From NCBI GenBank assembly GCA_963631395.1, contig CAVGQN010000004.1, positions 3,770-67,769 on the forward strand: a stretch of DNA of 64,000 nucleotides, given 5' to 3'. The position numbers and the translations under genes are program-made. How positions within the stretch are numbered: position 1 is the stretch's first letter; every line of letters begins with the position of its first letter. The notes beneath the pieces were generated by a model. That model was not told the DNA's origin and did no database searches. It was given only the letters and a program-made list of their open reading frames with translations. This DNA is from a bacterium. Lineage in GTDB: Bacteria; Bacteroidota; Bacteroidia; Bacteroidales; UBA3663. Positions 31,102-39,735 of this stretch are shown here, piece after piece.

Positions 31102-32904
31102 ATGAAAATCCAATTGAGAAGTGCGCAGACCACAGAAGGTCGCCGTATGGCTGGAGCCCGCGCCTTGTGGGTAGCCAACGGAATGAAACGTGAACAGTTC
31201 GGCAAACCTATTATTGCCATCGTCAACTCGTTTACACAGTTTGTGCCGGGTCACACCCATCTCCACGAGATAGGCCAGATTGTCAAGGCTGAAATCGAGA
31301 AACTTGGATGCTATGCTGCCGAGTTCAATACCATCGCCGTCGACGACGGCATCGCCATGGGCCACGACGGTATGCTCTATTCGCTGCCGAGCCGTGACAT
31401 CATCGCCGATTCAGTCGAGTATATGTGCAACGCACACAAGGCCGACGCCATGATTTGCATCTCCAACTGCGATAAGGTCACTCCGGGTATGCTTATGGCC
31501 GCTATGCGCCTCAACATCCCTGCCGTATTCGTTTCAGGCGGACCGATGGAGGCCGGCAAGTGGCGCGGCGAGAACGCCGACCTGATTACTGCTATGGTCA
31601 AAGGTGCCGACCCGTCGGTGAGCGATGAGGAAATGGCACAAATCGAAGGTTGTGCCTGCCCAGGTTGCGGCAGTTGCTCGGGCATGTTTACGGCTAACTC
31701 GATGAACTCCCTGACCGAGGCCATCGGCCTTTCGCTGCCTGGCAACGGCTCTATTCTGGCCACACACGTCAACCGTATCCAGCTTTTCAAGGACGCCGCA
31801 CGTCAGATTGTTGAGAATGCGTTCAAGTACTACCGCGACGGCGACACGAGCGTACTGCCCCGCAGCATCGCTACCCGTCAGGCCTTCCTCAACGCTATGA
31901 CTCTCGATATCGCCATGGGCGGTTCGACCAATACCGTGCTGCACCTCCTTGCCGTAGCCCAGGAGGGCGACGTCGACTTCAAGATGGCCGACATTGATGC
32001 CCTTTCGCGCCGTGTGCCTTGCCTCTGCAAACTGGCACCGAACACGCAGAAGTATTCCGTACAGGAGGAGAACCGCGCCGGCGGCATTTTGGGCATTCTC
32101 GGTGAGTTGGCCAAAGGCAACCTGCTCGACCTCACTTGCTGTCGTGTTAATGGCGCCACATTAGGCGAGGATATCGACAAGTACAGCATCATGAAGGAAC
32201 AGATTGACCCCGAGGCCGAACGTATCTACCGTTCAGCTCCCGGCGGCAAGTTCTCGATTGTGATGGGCAGTCAGAACGCCCAGTGGCCTTCGCTCGACAA
32301 GGACCGCGCTACGGGCTGTATCCGCGACATCGAACATGCCTACACCAAGGACGGCGGTTTGGCCGTACTCTTCGGCAATATCGCTCAGAACGGTTGCGTC
32401 GTCAAGACCGCCGGCGTCGACGAGTCGCTGTGGCACTTTGAGGGCAAGGCCGTCGTCTTCGACTCACAGGAAGACGCTTGCGAGGGTATCCTCGGCGGTA
32501 AGGTTCACAAGGGTGACTGCGTCGTCATCACGCACGAAGGTCCCAAGGGCGGCCCGGGCATGCAGGAAATGCTCTACCCGACCTCTTACATCAAGTCAAT
32601 GCACATGGGCCGCGAGTGCGCCCTGATTACCGATGGCCGCTTCTCAGGCGGTACTTCGGGTCTGTCTATCGGACACATCAGTCCGGAGGCTGCTTCTGGC
32701 GGCAATATCGGCAAGATACAGGACGGCGATATCATCGTCATCGACATTCCTTCACGCTCCATCAACGTCAAGCTCTCCGACGAGGAACTGGAAGCCCGTC
32801 CGCAGCAGCCGCTCAAGCGCAACCGCGTGGTGAGCAAGGCTCTGAGGGCTTATGCACAGTCTGTCGCTTCGGCCGACAAGGGTGGCGTGCGGATTATCGA
32901 CTAA
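31102..32904 (+). CDS. ilvD: dihydroxy-acid dehydratase
   Basis: [23 protein letters not shown]...[17 protein letters not shown]...[12 protein letters not shown]...[11 protein letters not shown]. Confidence 0.95.
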   Translation: MKIQLRSAQTTEGRRMAGARALWVANGMKREQFGKPIIAIVNSFTQFVPGHTHLHEIGQIVKAEIEKLGCYAAEFNTIAVDDGIAMGHDGMLYSLPSRDIIADSVEYMCNAHKADAMICISNCDKVTPGMLMAAMRLNIPAVFVSGGPMEAGKWRGENADLITAMVKGADPSVSDEEMAQIEGCACPGCGSCSGMFTANSMNSLTEAIGLSLPGNGSILATHVNRIQLFKDAARQIVENAFKYYRDGDTSVLPRSIATRQAFLNAMTLDIAMGGSTNTVLHLLAVAQEGDVDFKMADIDALSRRVPCLCKLAPNTQKYSVQEENRAGGILGILGELAKGNLLDLTCCRVNGATLGEDIDKYSIMKEQIDPEAERIYRSAPGGKFSIVMGSQNAQWPSLDKDRATGCIRDIEHAYTKDGGLAVLFGNIAQNGCVVKTAGVDESLWHFEGKAVVFDSQEDACEGILGGKVHKGDCVVITHEGPKGGPGMQEMLYPTSYIKSMHMGRECALITDGRFSGGTSGLSIGHISPEAASGGNIGKIQDGDIIVIDIPSRSINVKLSDEELEARPQQPLKRNRVVSKALRAYAQSVASADKGGVRIID

Positions 32905-32946
32905 GCCCTTATTGGGGGCGCCAATTACGGGAAGCCCTCTCTAGAG

Positions 32947-33105
32947 ATGGCCTCACGGGGAATGACCTCACGGGGAATGGCCCCACGGGGAATGGCCCTA
33001 CTAGGGAAGTCCATTGGGAGATCGTCCATTGGGAGATTGTTCATTGGGAGATTGTTCATCGGGAATTCTTCCACTAGGAAACCACTCAATAGGGGATGAG
33101 CCTAT
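32947..33105. repeat. 15-bp-periodic tandem array (about 10-11 units, two sub-families) between ilvD and ilvB
   Basis: ATGGCCTCACGGGGA-type x4, then (N)GTCCATTGGGAGAT-type x3-4, then degenerating units. Confidence 0.9.
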
Positions 33106-33164
33106 AAAAAACATGAGCCTATTTAATAATAGTAACAAACAGTAGAACTCGATATACAACATTT

Positions 33165-34862
33165 ATGGCAGAAAGAATAACAGGAGCAGAGGCGCTGATG
33201 CGCAGTCTTGAGCACGAGGGGGTTGATGTCCTCTTCGGCTATCCGGGCGGTGCTATCATGCCCACATACGATGCCCTCTTTGACCATCGGGAAACCCTTC
33301 ATCACATCTTAGTCCGTCACGAGCAGGCTGCAGTACATGCAGCACAGGGCTATGCACGAGTCTCCGGCCGAGTGGGTTGCTGCCTTGTTACTTCAGGTCC
33401 TGGTGCCATGAACACCATCACGGGTGTGGCCGATGCCATGATTGACTCTACTCCGCTCGTCGTCATCTGCGGGCAGGTCGGAGCGGCTATGTTGGGCACT
33501 GATGCTTTCCAGGAGGTTGACGTCGTTGGCGTCACGCAGCCTATTTCCAAGTGGAACTATCAGATACGCCATGCTGATGACATTGCCTGGGCTGTGGCTC
33601 GCGCCTTCTATATCGCCAAGAGCGGCAGACCCGGTCCTGTCGTGCTCGACTTTGCCAAAAACGCACAGACGGCCATGGTCGAATACGAACCGCAGACGGT
33701 TGACTTCATCCGCTCGTACGTGCCCGTTCCGCAGACGGAGCCCGGTACGATTGAGGAGGCAGCACGTCTTATCAACCAGAGCGTCAAGCCTTTTATGCTG
33801 GTGGGTCAGGGCGTCGAACTGGCCGGCGCAGGTCAGGAACTTCTGGCCTTGTGCGAAAAGGCACAGATTCCCTTCGGCACCACGCTGCTCGGTCTTTCGG
33901 CTGCACCTTCCGACCATCCGCTCAACAAGGGTATGCTTGGCATGCACGGCAACCTCGGACCTAACGTCATGACCAACCAGTGCGACTTGCTTATCGCCGT
34001 GGGCATGCGTTTCGACGACCGTGTGACGGGCAACTTGAGTACGTATGCCAAGCAGGCCCGCATCATTCACTTCGAGATTGACCCCTCGGAAATTGGCAAG
34101 AACGTGCCCGTCGACCTGCCTGTGCTCGGCGACTGCAAGCAGACCCTGGCTGAGGTGACCAAGTTGGTCGAGCCCGCACGTCACGACCGTTGGATAGAGG
34201 GCTTTAAGCCTTACGAGGAGAAGGAATACAACAAGGTTATCAATCCGGCATTACATCCCGCCGATGGCCCGCTGCTGATGGGCGAGGTGGTGCGTAAGGT
34301 CAGCGAGGCTTCGGCCAACGAGGCCATCCTGGTGACCGATGTCGGACAGAACCAGATGTTCGGTTGCCGCTATTTCAAGTTCTCCAAGTCACGTTCGGTC
34401 GTCACTTCCGGCGGCTGCGGCACGATGGGCTTCGGCCTTCCTGCCGCCATCGGCGCCACTTTCGGCGCACCTGACCGTACGGTCTGTGCCTTCGTCGGCG
34501 ACGGCGGATTCCAGATGACCATCCAGGAACTTGGCACCATCATGGAGCAGAAGTCGCCGGTCAAGGTCATCCTGCTCAACAACAACTTCCTGGGTAATGT
34601 GCGCCAGTGGCAGTATATGTTCTTCAACAAGCGCTACTCGTTCACCCCGATGCTCAACCCCGACTACGAACTCATCGCCCGGGGCTATGGCATTCCGGCA
34701 CGCACCGTCATAGATCGTGCCGACTTGGATGGAGCTATCCACGAGATGCTCGACACCGACGGCCCGTACATTCTGCAGGTAGCGGTCAAGGAAGAGGACA
34801 ACGTCCTGCCTATGACGCCTCCGGGCGCCAATGTCGATGAGATGTTGCTCGAAGTCAAATAA
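33165..34862 (+). CDS. ilvB: acetolactate synthase, large subunit (biosynthetic type)
   Basis: ITGAEALMRSLEHEGVDVLFGYPGGAIMP..., TSGPGAMN and the ThDP motif GDGGFQMTIQELGT...LNN. Confidence 0.95.
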   Translation: MAERITGAEALMRSLEHEGVDVLFGYPGGAIMPTYDALFDHRETLHHILVRHEQAAVHAAQGYARVSGRVGCCLVTSGPGAMNTITGVADAMIDSTPLVVICGQVGAAMLGTDAFQEVDVVGVTQPISKWNYQIRHADDIAWAVARAFYIAKSGRPGPVVLDFAKNAQTAMVEYEPQTVDFIRSYVPVPQTEPGTIEEAARLINQSVKPFMLVGQGVELAGAGQELLALCEKAQIPFGTTLLGLSAAPSDHPLNKGMLGMHGNLGPNVMTNQCDLLIAVGMRFDDRVTGNLSTYAKQARIIHFEIDPSEIGKNVPVDLPVLGDCKQTLAEVTKLVEPARHDRWIEGFKPYEEKEYNKVINPALHPADGPLLMGEVVRKVSEASANEAILVTDVGQNQMFGCRYFKFSKSRSVVTSGGCGTMGFGLPAAIGATFGAPDRTVCAFVGDGGFQMTIQELGTIMEQKSPVKVILLNNNFLGNVRQWQYMFFNKRYSFTPMLNPDYELIARGYGIPARTVIDRADLDGAIHEMLDTDGPYILQVAVKEEDNVLPMTPPGANVDEMLLEVK

Positions 34863-34882
34863 CCCTTTAGCTGGTAACAGGA

Positions 34883-35632
34883 ATGGAAACGAACTCAAAA
34901 TACGGCGCTGCCGAGTGCGGCGATTGCAATACTTGCTCACGCGACTGCAACAAGCGCGATAAGGAACTCGAGGCTCAGGAGGCTCTTGATGCGGCTGTCC
35001 AGACGGCGGCTTCCATCGAGTGTGACAGCTTTGAGAAGAACCTCACGCGCACTTTGACAAAGACCCCCGTCAAGGCGCTGAACCATTACGGTCTGACGCT
35101 CTACACGCTGATTATCTACTCGGAGAACTATGCCGGTATCCTCAATCAGATTACGGCCGTCTTCACCCGCCGTCAGGTCAATATCGAGAGTCTCAATGTC
35201 TGTGCTTCGAGCACGCCTGGCGTGCACAAGTACACCATCACGTGCTACTGCAAGCGCGAGATGGCCGAGATGTTGTGCAAACAGATAGAGAAGAAAATTG
35301 ACGTGCTCCAGGCCAACTGCTTCGTTGACGACGAGATATTCATCCTCGAGACGTCGTTGCTCAAGTTGTCCACGCCCATCGTGTTGTCGGACAAGGAGAT
35401 TTCGCGTATCGTGCGCCGCTACGGTGCCCGCATCGTCGAGGTTAATCCTACGTTTACTACGGTCGAGAAGACGGGTGTGACTGACGAAATACTCGATTTC
35501 TTCCACGAGCTCAATGCACTCGACTGCGTGCTGCAGTTCGTCCGCTCAGGACGTATCGCCATCACCAAGTCGTACATCGAGCGCCTTGATGCCTATCTGA
35601 CCAAGCGTGAGGAGTATCACAAGTCATACTGA
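34883..35632 (+). CDS. ilvN: acetolactate synthase small (regulatory) subunit, possibly with a Cys-rich N-terminal extension of about 57 aa
   Basis: ACT domain LYTLIIYSENYAGILNQITAVFTRRQVNIESLNV. The ORF opens at ATG 34883, 21 nt after ilvB. An alternative in-frame TTG at 35054 would give a conventional-length protein. Confidence 0.8.
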   Translation: METNSKYGAAECGDCNTCSRDCNKRDKELEAQEALDAAVQTAASIECDSFEKNLTRTLTKTPVKALNHYGLTLYTLIIYSENYAGILNQITAVFTRRQVNIESLNVCASSTPGVHKYTITCYCKREMAEMLCKQIEKKIDVLQANCFVDDEIFILETSLLKLSTPIVLSDKEISRIVRRYGARIVEVNPTFTTVEKTGVTDEILDFFHELNALDCVLQFVRSGRIAITKSYIERLDAYLTKREEYHKSY

Positions 35633-35791
35633 CCGGATAGTTTCGTCAGTCATACGGTCACACGCTGATTGACTACCATTTCAAGTCATTTTGATTGGCA
35701 TTCTTCAAGTCATATTGATATAACAAATCAAACTGATATAACAAGTCAAACTGATATAAATTACATACATTAACAACCAAACAACAAAATT

Positions 35792-36835
35792 ATGGCAAAA
35801 ATGAATTTTGGCGGTGTCATCGAAAATGTAGTGACCCGCGAGGAGTATCCTCTTGACAAAGCGCGTGAAGTCCTCAAGGACGAGACTATTGCCGTCATCG
35901 GTTATGGTGTGCAGGGTCCGGGCCAGTCGCTCAACCTGCGTGACAACGGCTTCAACGTAATCGTTGGCCAGCGTCAGGGCAAGACCTTCGAGAAGGCTGT
36001 TTCCGACGGATGGGTACCTGGTAAGACCCTCTTCTCTATCGAGGAGGCTGCCGAGAAGGCTACCATCGTGATGTGCCTGCTTTCCGATGCTGCTGTGATG
36101 AGCGTATGGCCTTCTTTGCAGAAGCACCTCACTCCCGGCAAGGCCCTCTATTTCTCACACGGTTTTGCCATCACCTGGAACGACCGCACTGGTTGTGTTC
36201 CTGCCAAGGATATCGACGTTATCATGGTTGCTCCTAAGGGTTCTGGCACATCGCTCCGTACCATGTTCCTGGAGGGCCGTGGCCTCAACTCTTCTTATGC
36301 CGTTTACCAGGACGCTACGGGTCGTGCTCTCGACCGCACACTGGCTTTGGGTATCGGTATCGGTTCGGGCTATATGTTCGAGACAACATTCCAGCGCGAG
36401 GCTACCTCTGACCTCACCGGCGAGCGTGGCTCTCTGATGGGTGCCATCCAGGGTCTGCTGCTGGCTCAGTACGAAGTACTCCGCGAGAACGGACACTCAC
36501 CTTCAGAGGCCTTCAACGAGACCGTAGAGGAACTCACTCAGTCGCTTATGCCTCTCTTTGCCAAGAACGGTATGGACTGGATGTACGCCAACTGCTCAAC
36601 TACTGCTCAGCGCGGCGCCCTCGACTGGTATCCTCGTTTCCACGATGCCATCAAGCCTATCATGCAGTGGCTCTATATGAGCGTCAAGCTCGGCAACGAG
36701 GCTCAGATTTCTATCGACAGCAACTCTAAGCCCGACTATCGTCAGGGTCTCGAGCAGGAACTCAAGGCTCTGCGCGAGTCTGAGATGTGGCAGACTGCCG
36801 TCACAGTGCGCAAGCTCCGTCCTGAGAACAACTGA
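35792..36835 (+). CDS. ilvC: ketol-acid reductoisomerase
   Basis: IAVIGYGVQGPGQSLNLRDNGFNVIVG... with class-I KARI length (347 aa). Followed by a strong terminator. Confidence 0.95.
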   Translation: MAKMNFGGVIENVVTREEYPLDKAREVLKDETIAVIGYGVQGPGQSLNLRDNGFNVIVGQRQGKTFEKAVSDGWVPGKTLFSIEEAAEKATIVMCLLSDAAVMSVWPSLQKHLTPGKALYFSHGFAITWNDRTGCVPAKDIDVIMVAPKGSGTSLRTMFLEGRGLNSSYAVYQDATGRALDRTLALGIGIGSGYMFETTFQREATSDLTGERGSLMGAIQGLLLAQYEVLRENGHSPSEAFNETVEELTQSLMPLFAKNGMDWMYANCSTTAQRGALDWYPRFHDAIKPIMQWLYMSVKLGNEAQISIDSNSKPDYRQGLEQELKALRESEMWQTAVTVRKLRPENN

Positions 36836-36898
36836 TAGCGTGCGTGTGCGTGCGTATTGCCATTGGTTTTTGGCAGCGTAACGCCCCGCATATACTGA

Positions 36899-36946
36899 AT
36901 ACGGGAAGGCCATCCTCTGTGGTGAGCCTTCCCGTATCTTTTTTTT
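36899..36946 (+). terminator. intrinsic terminator after ilvC
   Basis: ATACGGGAAGGC ... GCCTTCCCGTAT: perfect 12-bp stem followed by CTTTTTTTT. Confidence 0.8.
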
Positions 36947-37067
36947 GTGATTTTCCGGCTACGGATAGTAGTCCTCAACCGAACATTTTCGTAAGCTAAA
37001 TGAACAACGGAACAACAGACTTGACATTTTATAGTGACTTTTCCTTGGCCATTTGACCAAAAACGGG

Positions 37068-37075
37068 TAACTTTG
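37068..37075 (+). promoter_or_regulatory. -7 promoter box for the acyl-ACP thioesterase gene
   Basis: TAACTTTG, 76 nt upstream of ATG 37152. Confidence 0.45.
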
Positions 37076-37151
37076 TGCCCGAAAAATGAAAGGAAAACTC
37101 CGGCCGCGTGACGGAGCATACTACAAAACGCGAAGACTATACAAAACAACG

Positions 37152-37934
37152 ATGAACCAAATAGACAAGACTGAGACTTTGCACTTCCGAGCCGATGCCT
37201 TCGACACCGACTTCAAGCGGGAATTGTCGTACGAAGTGCTGGGCAGAAATCTGCTTAACTGCGCCGAGGCCCACGCTGCAAAACGCGCGTTCGGATTCGG
37301 CGACTTGCTCAAGGCCAATCACTCATGGGTCCTTTCCCGACTCACTATCGAGATGAAGCAGATGCCGCCCATCTACACCGACTACAATATCACCACATGG
37401 ATAGAGAGCATCTACCGGCTATTCACAAACCGCAATTTTACCATCACCGACACGGAGGGCAACACGCTGGGTTACGCCCGCTCTATATGGGCTATGATTG
37501 ACAACACCACACGCCAGCCACTCGACCTCATGAAAGTGTACGGCGAACTGTTCGAGCCCTTCCTGGCACCCGAACTTCTATGCGATATGCAGGGGCACAA
37601 CCGTCTGCGTCCGCTGCCCGACACACAGCCTTGCGAGACCATGACGGTCAAATACAGTGACCTTGACTGCAACGGGCACTTCAACAGCGTGAAGTACGTG
37701 TCGCACATCCTCGACCTCTTTTCGCGCGACTTCCACCTCAGCCACCGCCTGCGCCGCGTGGAACTGGCCTACATCGAAGAGGCTTACTATGGCGACCGCC
37801 TATCGCTCTTCCTTTCTCAACTGGAGCCCGACAAGTATCAGGCCGAAATCAGAAAGAACTGCACGAGCGACAACCCGGGGGAGACTTTGGCTAGAGCACT
37901 AATCTTGCTCGAAGACGTGTCTGAGAAGGCCTAA
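37152..37934 (+). CDS. acyl-[acyl-carrier-protein] thioesterase
   Basis: HFRADAFDTDFKRELSYEVLGRNLLNCAEAHA...SWVLSRLTIEM and ...YSDLDCNGHFNSVKYVSHILD (FatA/B-like hotdog pair). The start is set at MNQIDKT (37152); ATG 37086 lies only 10 nt after the TAACTTTG box. Confidence 0.8.
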   Translation: MNQIDKTETLHFRADAFDTDFKRELSYEVLGRNLLNCAEAHAAKRAFGFGDLLKANHSWVLSRLTIEMKQMPPIYTDYNITTWIESIYRLFTNRNFTITDTEGNTLGYARSIWAMIDNTTRQPLDLMKVYGELFEPFLAPELLCDMQGHNRLRPLPDTQPCETMTVKYSDLDCNGHFNSVKYVSHILDLFSRDFHLSHRLRRVELAYIEEAYYGDRLSLFLSQLEPDKYQAEIRKNCTSDNPGETLARALILLEDVSEKA

Positions 37935-38000
37935 GCAGAGTTAAAAAGCTTAATCAAGAAAGCTTAAGTCGAGAAGGCTTAAACTGAGTCTTAAGGGTTG
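37923..38000. repeat. array of about 15-bp units starting at the thioesterase stop codon
   Basis: GAGAAGGCCTAAGCA / GAGTTAAAAAGCTTAATCA / AGAAAGCTTAAGTC / GAGAAGGCTTAAACT / GAGTCTTAAGGG. Confidence 0.75.
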
Positions 38001-38028
38001 ACTTTTACGCTTTTTACATTTTTACACG

Positions 38029-38097
38029 TTTACACAAAGTGCTTGACGGGCTTTACACAAAGCGCTTGACGGGCTTTACACAAAGTGCTTGACGGGC
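38029..38097. repeat. 23-bp x3 tandem repeat containing the deoC stop codon
   Basis: TTTACACAAAG(T/C)GCTTGACGGGC x3. The deoC stop (38076-38078) lies in unit 3. Confidence 0.9.
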
Positions 38098-39011
38098 TTG
38101 CCGACGATGGCCGACAAGAGGTTGTTGGCCGCCGAGCTGGCTCCGATGCGGAAGTAGTCACGGCAGCACCAGTCCGGACCGAGTATGGACTGGACGATGG
38201 TGTAGTAGCGGACTGCATCTTCGGGCGTACGAACACCGCCGGCCACCTTTATGCCGACACGGGTGCCGGTCTGCCGGAAGTACTCTTTTGCCATCTGGCA
38301 CATTACGTAGACGGCTTCTGGTGTGGCCGACACGGCAGTCTTGCCGGTCGAGGTCTTGATGAAATCTGCGCCCGAGTACATGGCCAGCACGGAGGCCTTG
38401 GCTATGTTGGAGGCCGTCTTGAGTTCGCCGGTCTCGAGTATTACCTTGAAAATCTTTTCGCGGCAGGCTTCCTTGCACTCTTGCAGCGTGTCGGTCAGAC
38501 CTTCGTAGTCTTCGGCCAGGAATTGTCCGACGTTCATCACCGTATCCACCTCATCTGCACCGCTGGCCACGGCCAAGGCACATTCTGCCACCTTGATTTC
38601 GTTGAAGGTCTGGCTGGAGGGGAAGCCGCCCGCTACGACCGTCGTAGCCACCTCGGTGACATCGAGAAAAGCCGTTACGGTCTCTGCAAAGTTAGGGTAC
38701 ACACAAATGGAAGCCACGTTCTGCAAGTCGGGGAAGGCTTCCTCAAAGTGATTCACGCATCGGGTGAGTTCGCGGATGCGCAGTTCGTTGTCGGTGGGGT
38801 TGAGCGAGGTCAAGTCGATGCACGAGAAGCAAGTTTTCAGTACTTCGGGCGTATTGTTGGCCTCGTAGTGGTCTGCCAAAATCCGGCCGACAGCTTCGCT
38901 GACTTGTCTGTCGTCCAACTCCGTCTCGTATTTTTTGAGTGTGTCCAGGTAGCGGTTCTGGACATTTTCCGTTTCGTTTGTCATATCTGTGTTTGTTTTG
39001 TCCGCCGCCAT
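38076..39011 (-). CDS. deoC: deoxyribose-phosphate aldolase (long form)
   Basis: CIDLTSLNPTD..., ASICVYPNF, GFPSSQT, DEVDTVMNVG and the FIKTSTGK (Schiff-base Lys) motif. Confidence 0.9.
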   Translation of the reverse strand: MAADKTNTDMTNETENVQNRYLDTLKKYETELDDRQVSEAVGRILADHYEANNTPEVLKTCFSCIDLTSLNPTDNELRIRELTRCVNHFEEAFPDLQNVASICVYPNFAETVTAFLDVTEVATTVVAGGFPSSQTFNEIKVAECALAVASGADEVDTVMNVGQFLAEDYEGLTDTLQECKEACREKIFKVILETGELKTASNIAKASVLAMYSGADFIKTSTGKTAVSATPEAVYVMCQMAKEYFRQTGTRVGIKVAGGVRTPEDAVRYYTIVQSILGPDWCCRDYFRIGASSAANNLLSAIVGKPVKHFV

Positions 39012-39084
39012 GGGTGGAATCGTTTATAATATGTACGTGCGTAGAACAGGTGCCTTCATGACCTACGCGAAGTGCCGTTCTTCG

Positions 39085-39735
39085 TCACAGCAACTTGAAC
39101 TCGTAGCCCTGGTCGAGCAGCCAACTGATAGAGGCGGGGAGGGCCTTCTGGATGTTGTGCCAGGCTTTCGGCTGGTCGTGGAAGGTGATGATAGAGCCGT
39201 TGCGTGCATACTTCTGCACCGTCGCGATGACCTCGTCGGCATTTAGGCGGTTGGAGTAGTCGCGGCTCACAAGGTCCCAGAAGATGAGTCTGTACTTCTT
39301 GTTGAGCAGGCGGGCGTGACCCCAGCGTAGCCATCCGTGCGGAGGGCGGAAGAGGGGACTGTGTATCAGCATGTTTGCTTTCTCGACATTGGCCAAATAG
39401 GCTTTCGAACCGTAGGTCAGGGCCGAGATATGGTTCATTGTATGGTTGCCCACATGATGGCCGCGAGCCTTCTCGTCTTCGAAGAGATGCCGGTAACGGG
39501 CCACGTTGTCGCCCACACAGAAGAAGGTGGCTTTCACGCCGAAACTGTCGAGGACGTCGAGCACCCAAGGTGTTACCTCGGGTGTCGGACCGTCGTCGAA
39601 AGTCAGATAGACACACTTGGGCTGGGAGGGAATCCTCCACAGGCTGTCGGGTGCCATCAGACGGCGCAGCAGTGTGGGTGGTTGCTCGATTAGCAAAGCG
39701 TCAGAGTAGCTTGTAGGTTGTGACGGCCTGTTCAA
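39085..39735 (-). CDS. polysaccharide deacetylase (CE4) family protein
   Basis: KCVYLTFDDGPTPEVTPWVLDVLDSFGVKATFFCVG...GHHVGNHTMNH. The start at 39735 overlaps the upstream gene by 35 nt; an alternative ATG is at 39657. Confidence 0.85.
   Translation of the reverse strand: MNRPSQPTSYSDALLIEQPPTLLRRLMAPDSLWRIPSQPKCVYLTFDDGPTPEVTPWVLDVLDSFGVKATFFCVGDNVARYRHLFEDEKARGHHVGNHTMNHISALTYGSKAYLANVEKANMLIHSPLFRPPHGWLRWGHARLLNKKYRLIFWDLVSRDYSNRLNADEVIATVQKYARNGSIITFHDQPKAWHNIQKALPASISWLLDQGYEFKLL

Noticed and set aside
32616-33077. 153-aa ORF overlapping the ilvD 3' end and the 15-bp array (…GNDLTGNGPTGNGPTREVHWEIVHWEIVHWEIVH), and the idea of an ilv attenuator leader peptide
   Set aside because: The frame is an artefact of a repeat whose period is a multiple of 3. 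There is no run of Ile/Leu/Val codons and no terminator/antiterminator hairpins, and it lies inside the operon rather than at its 5' end.
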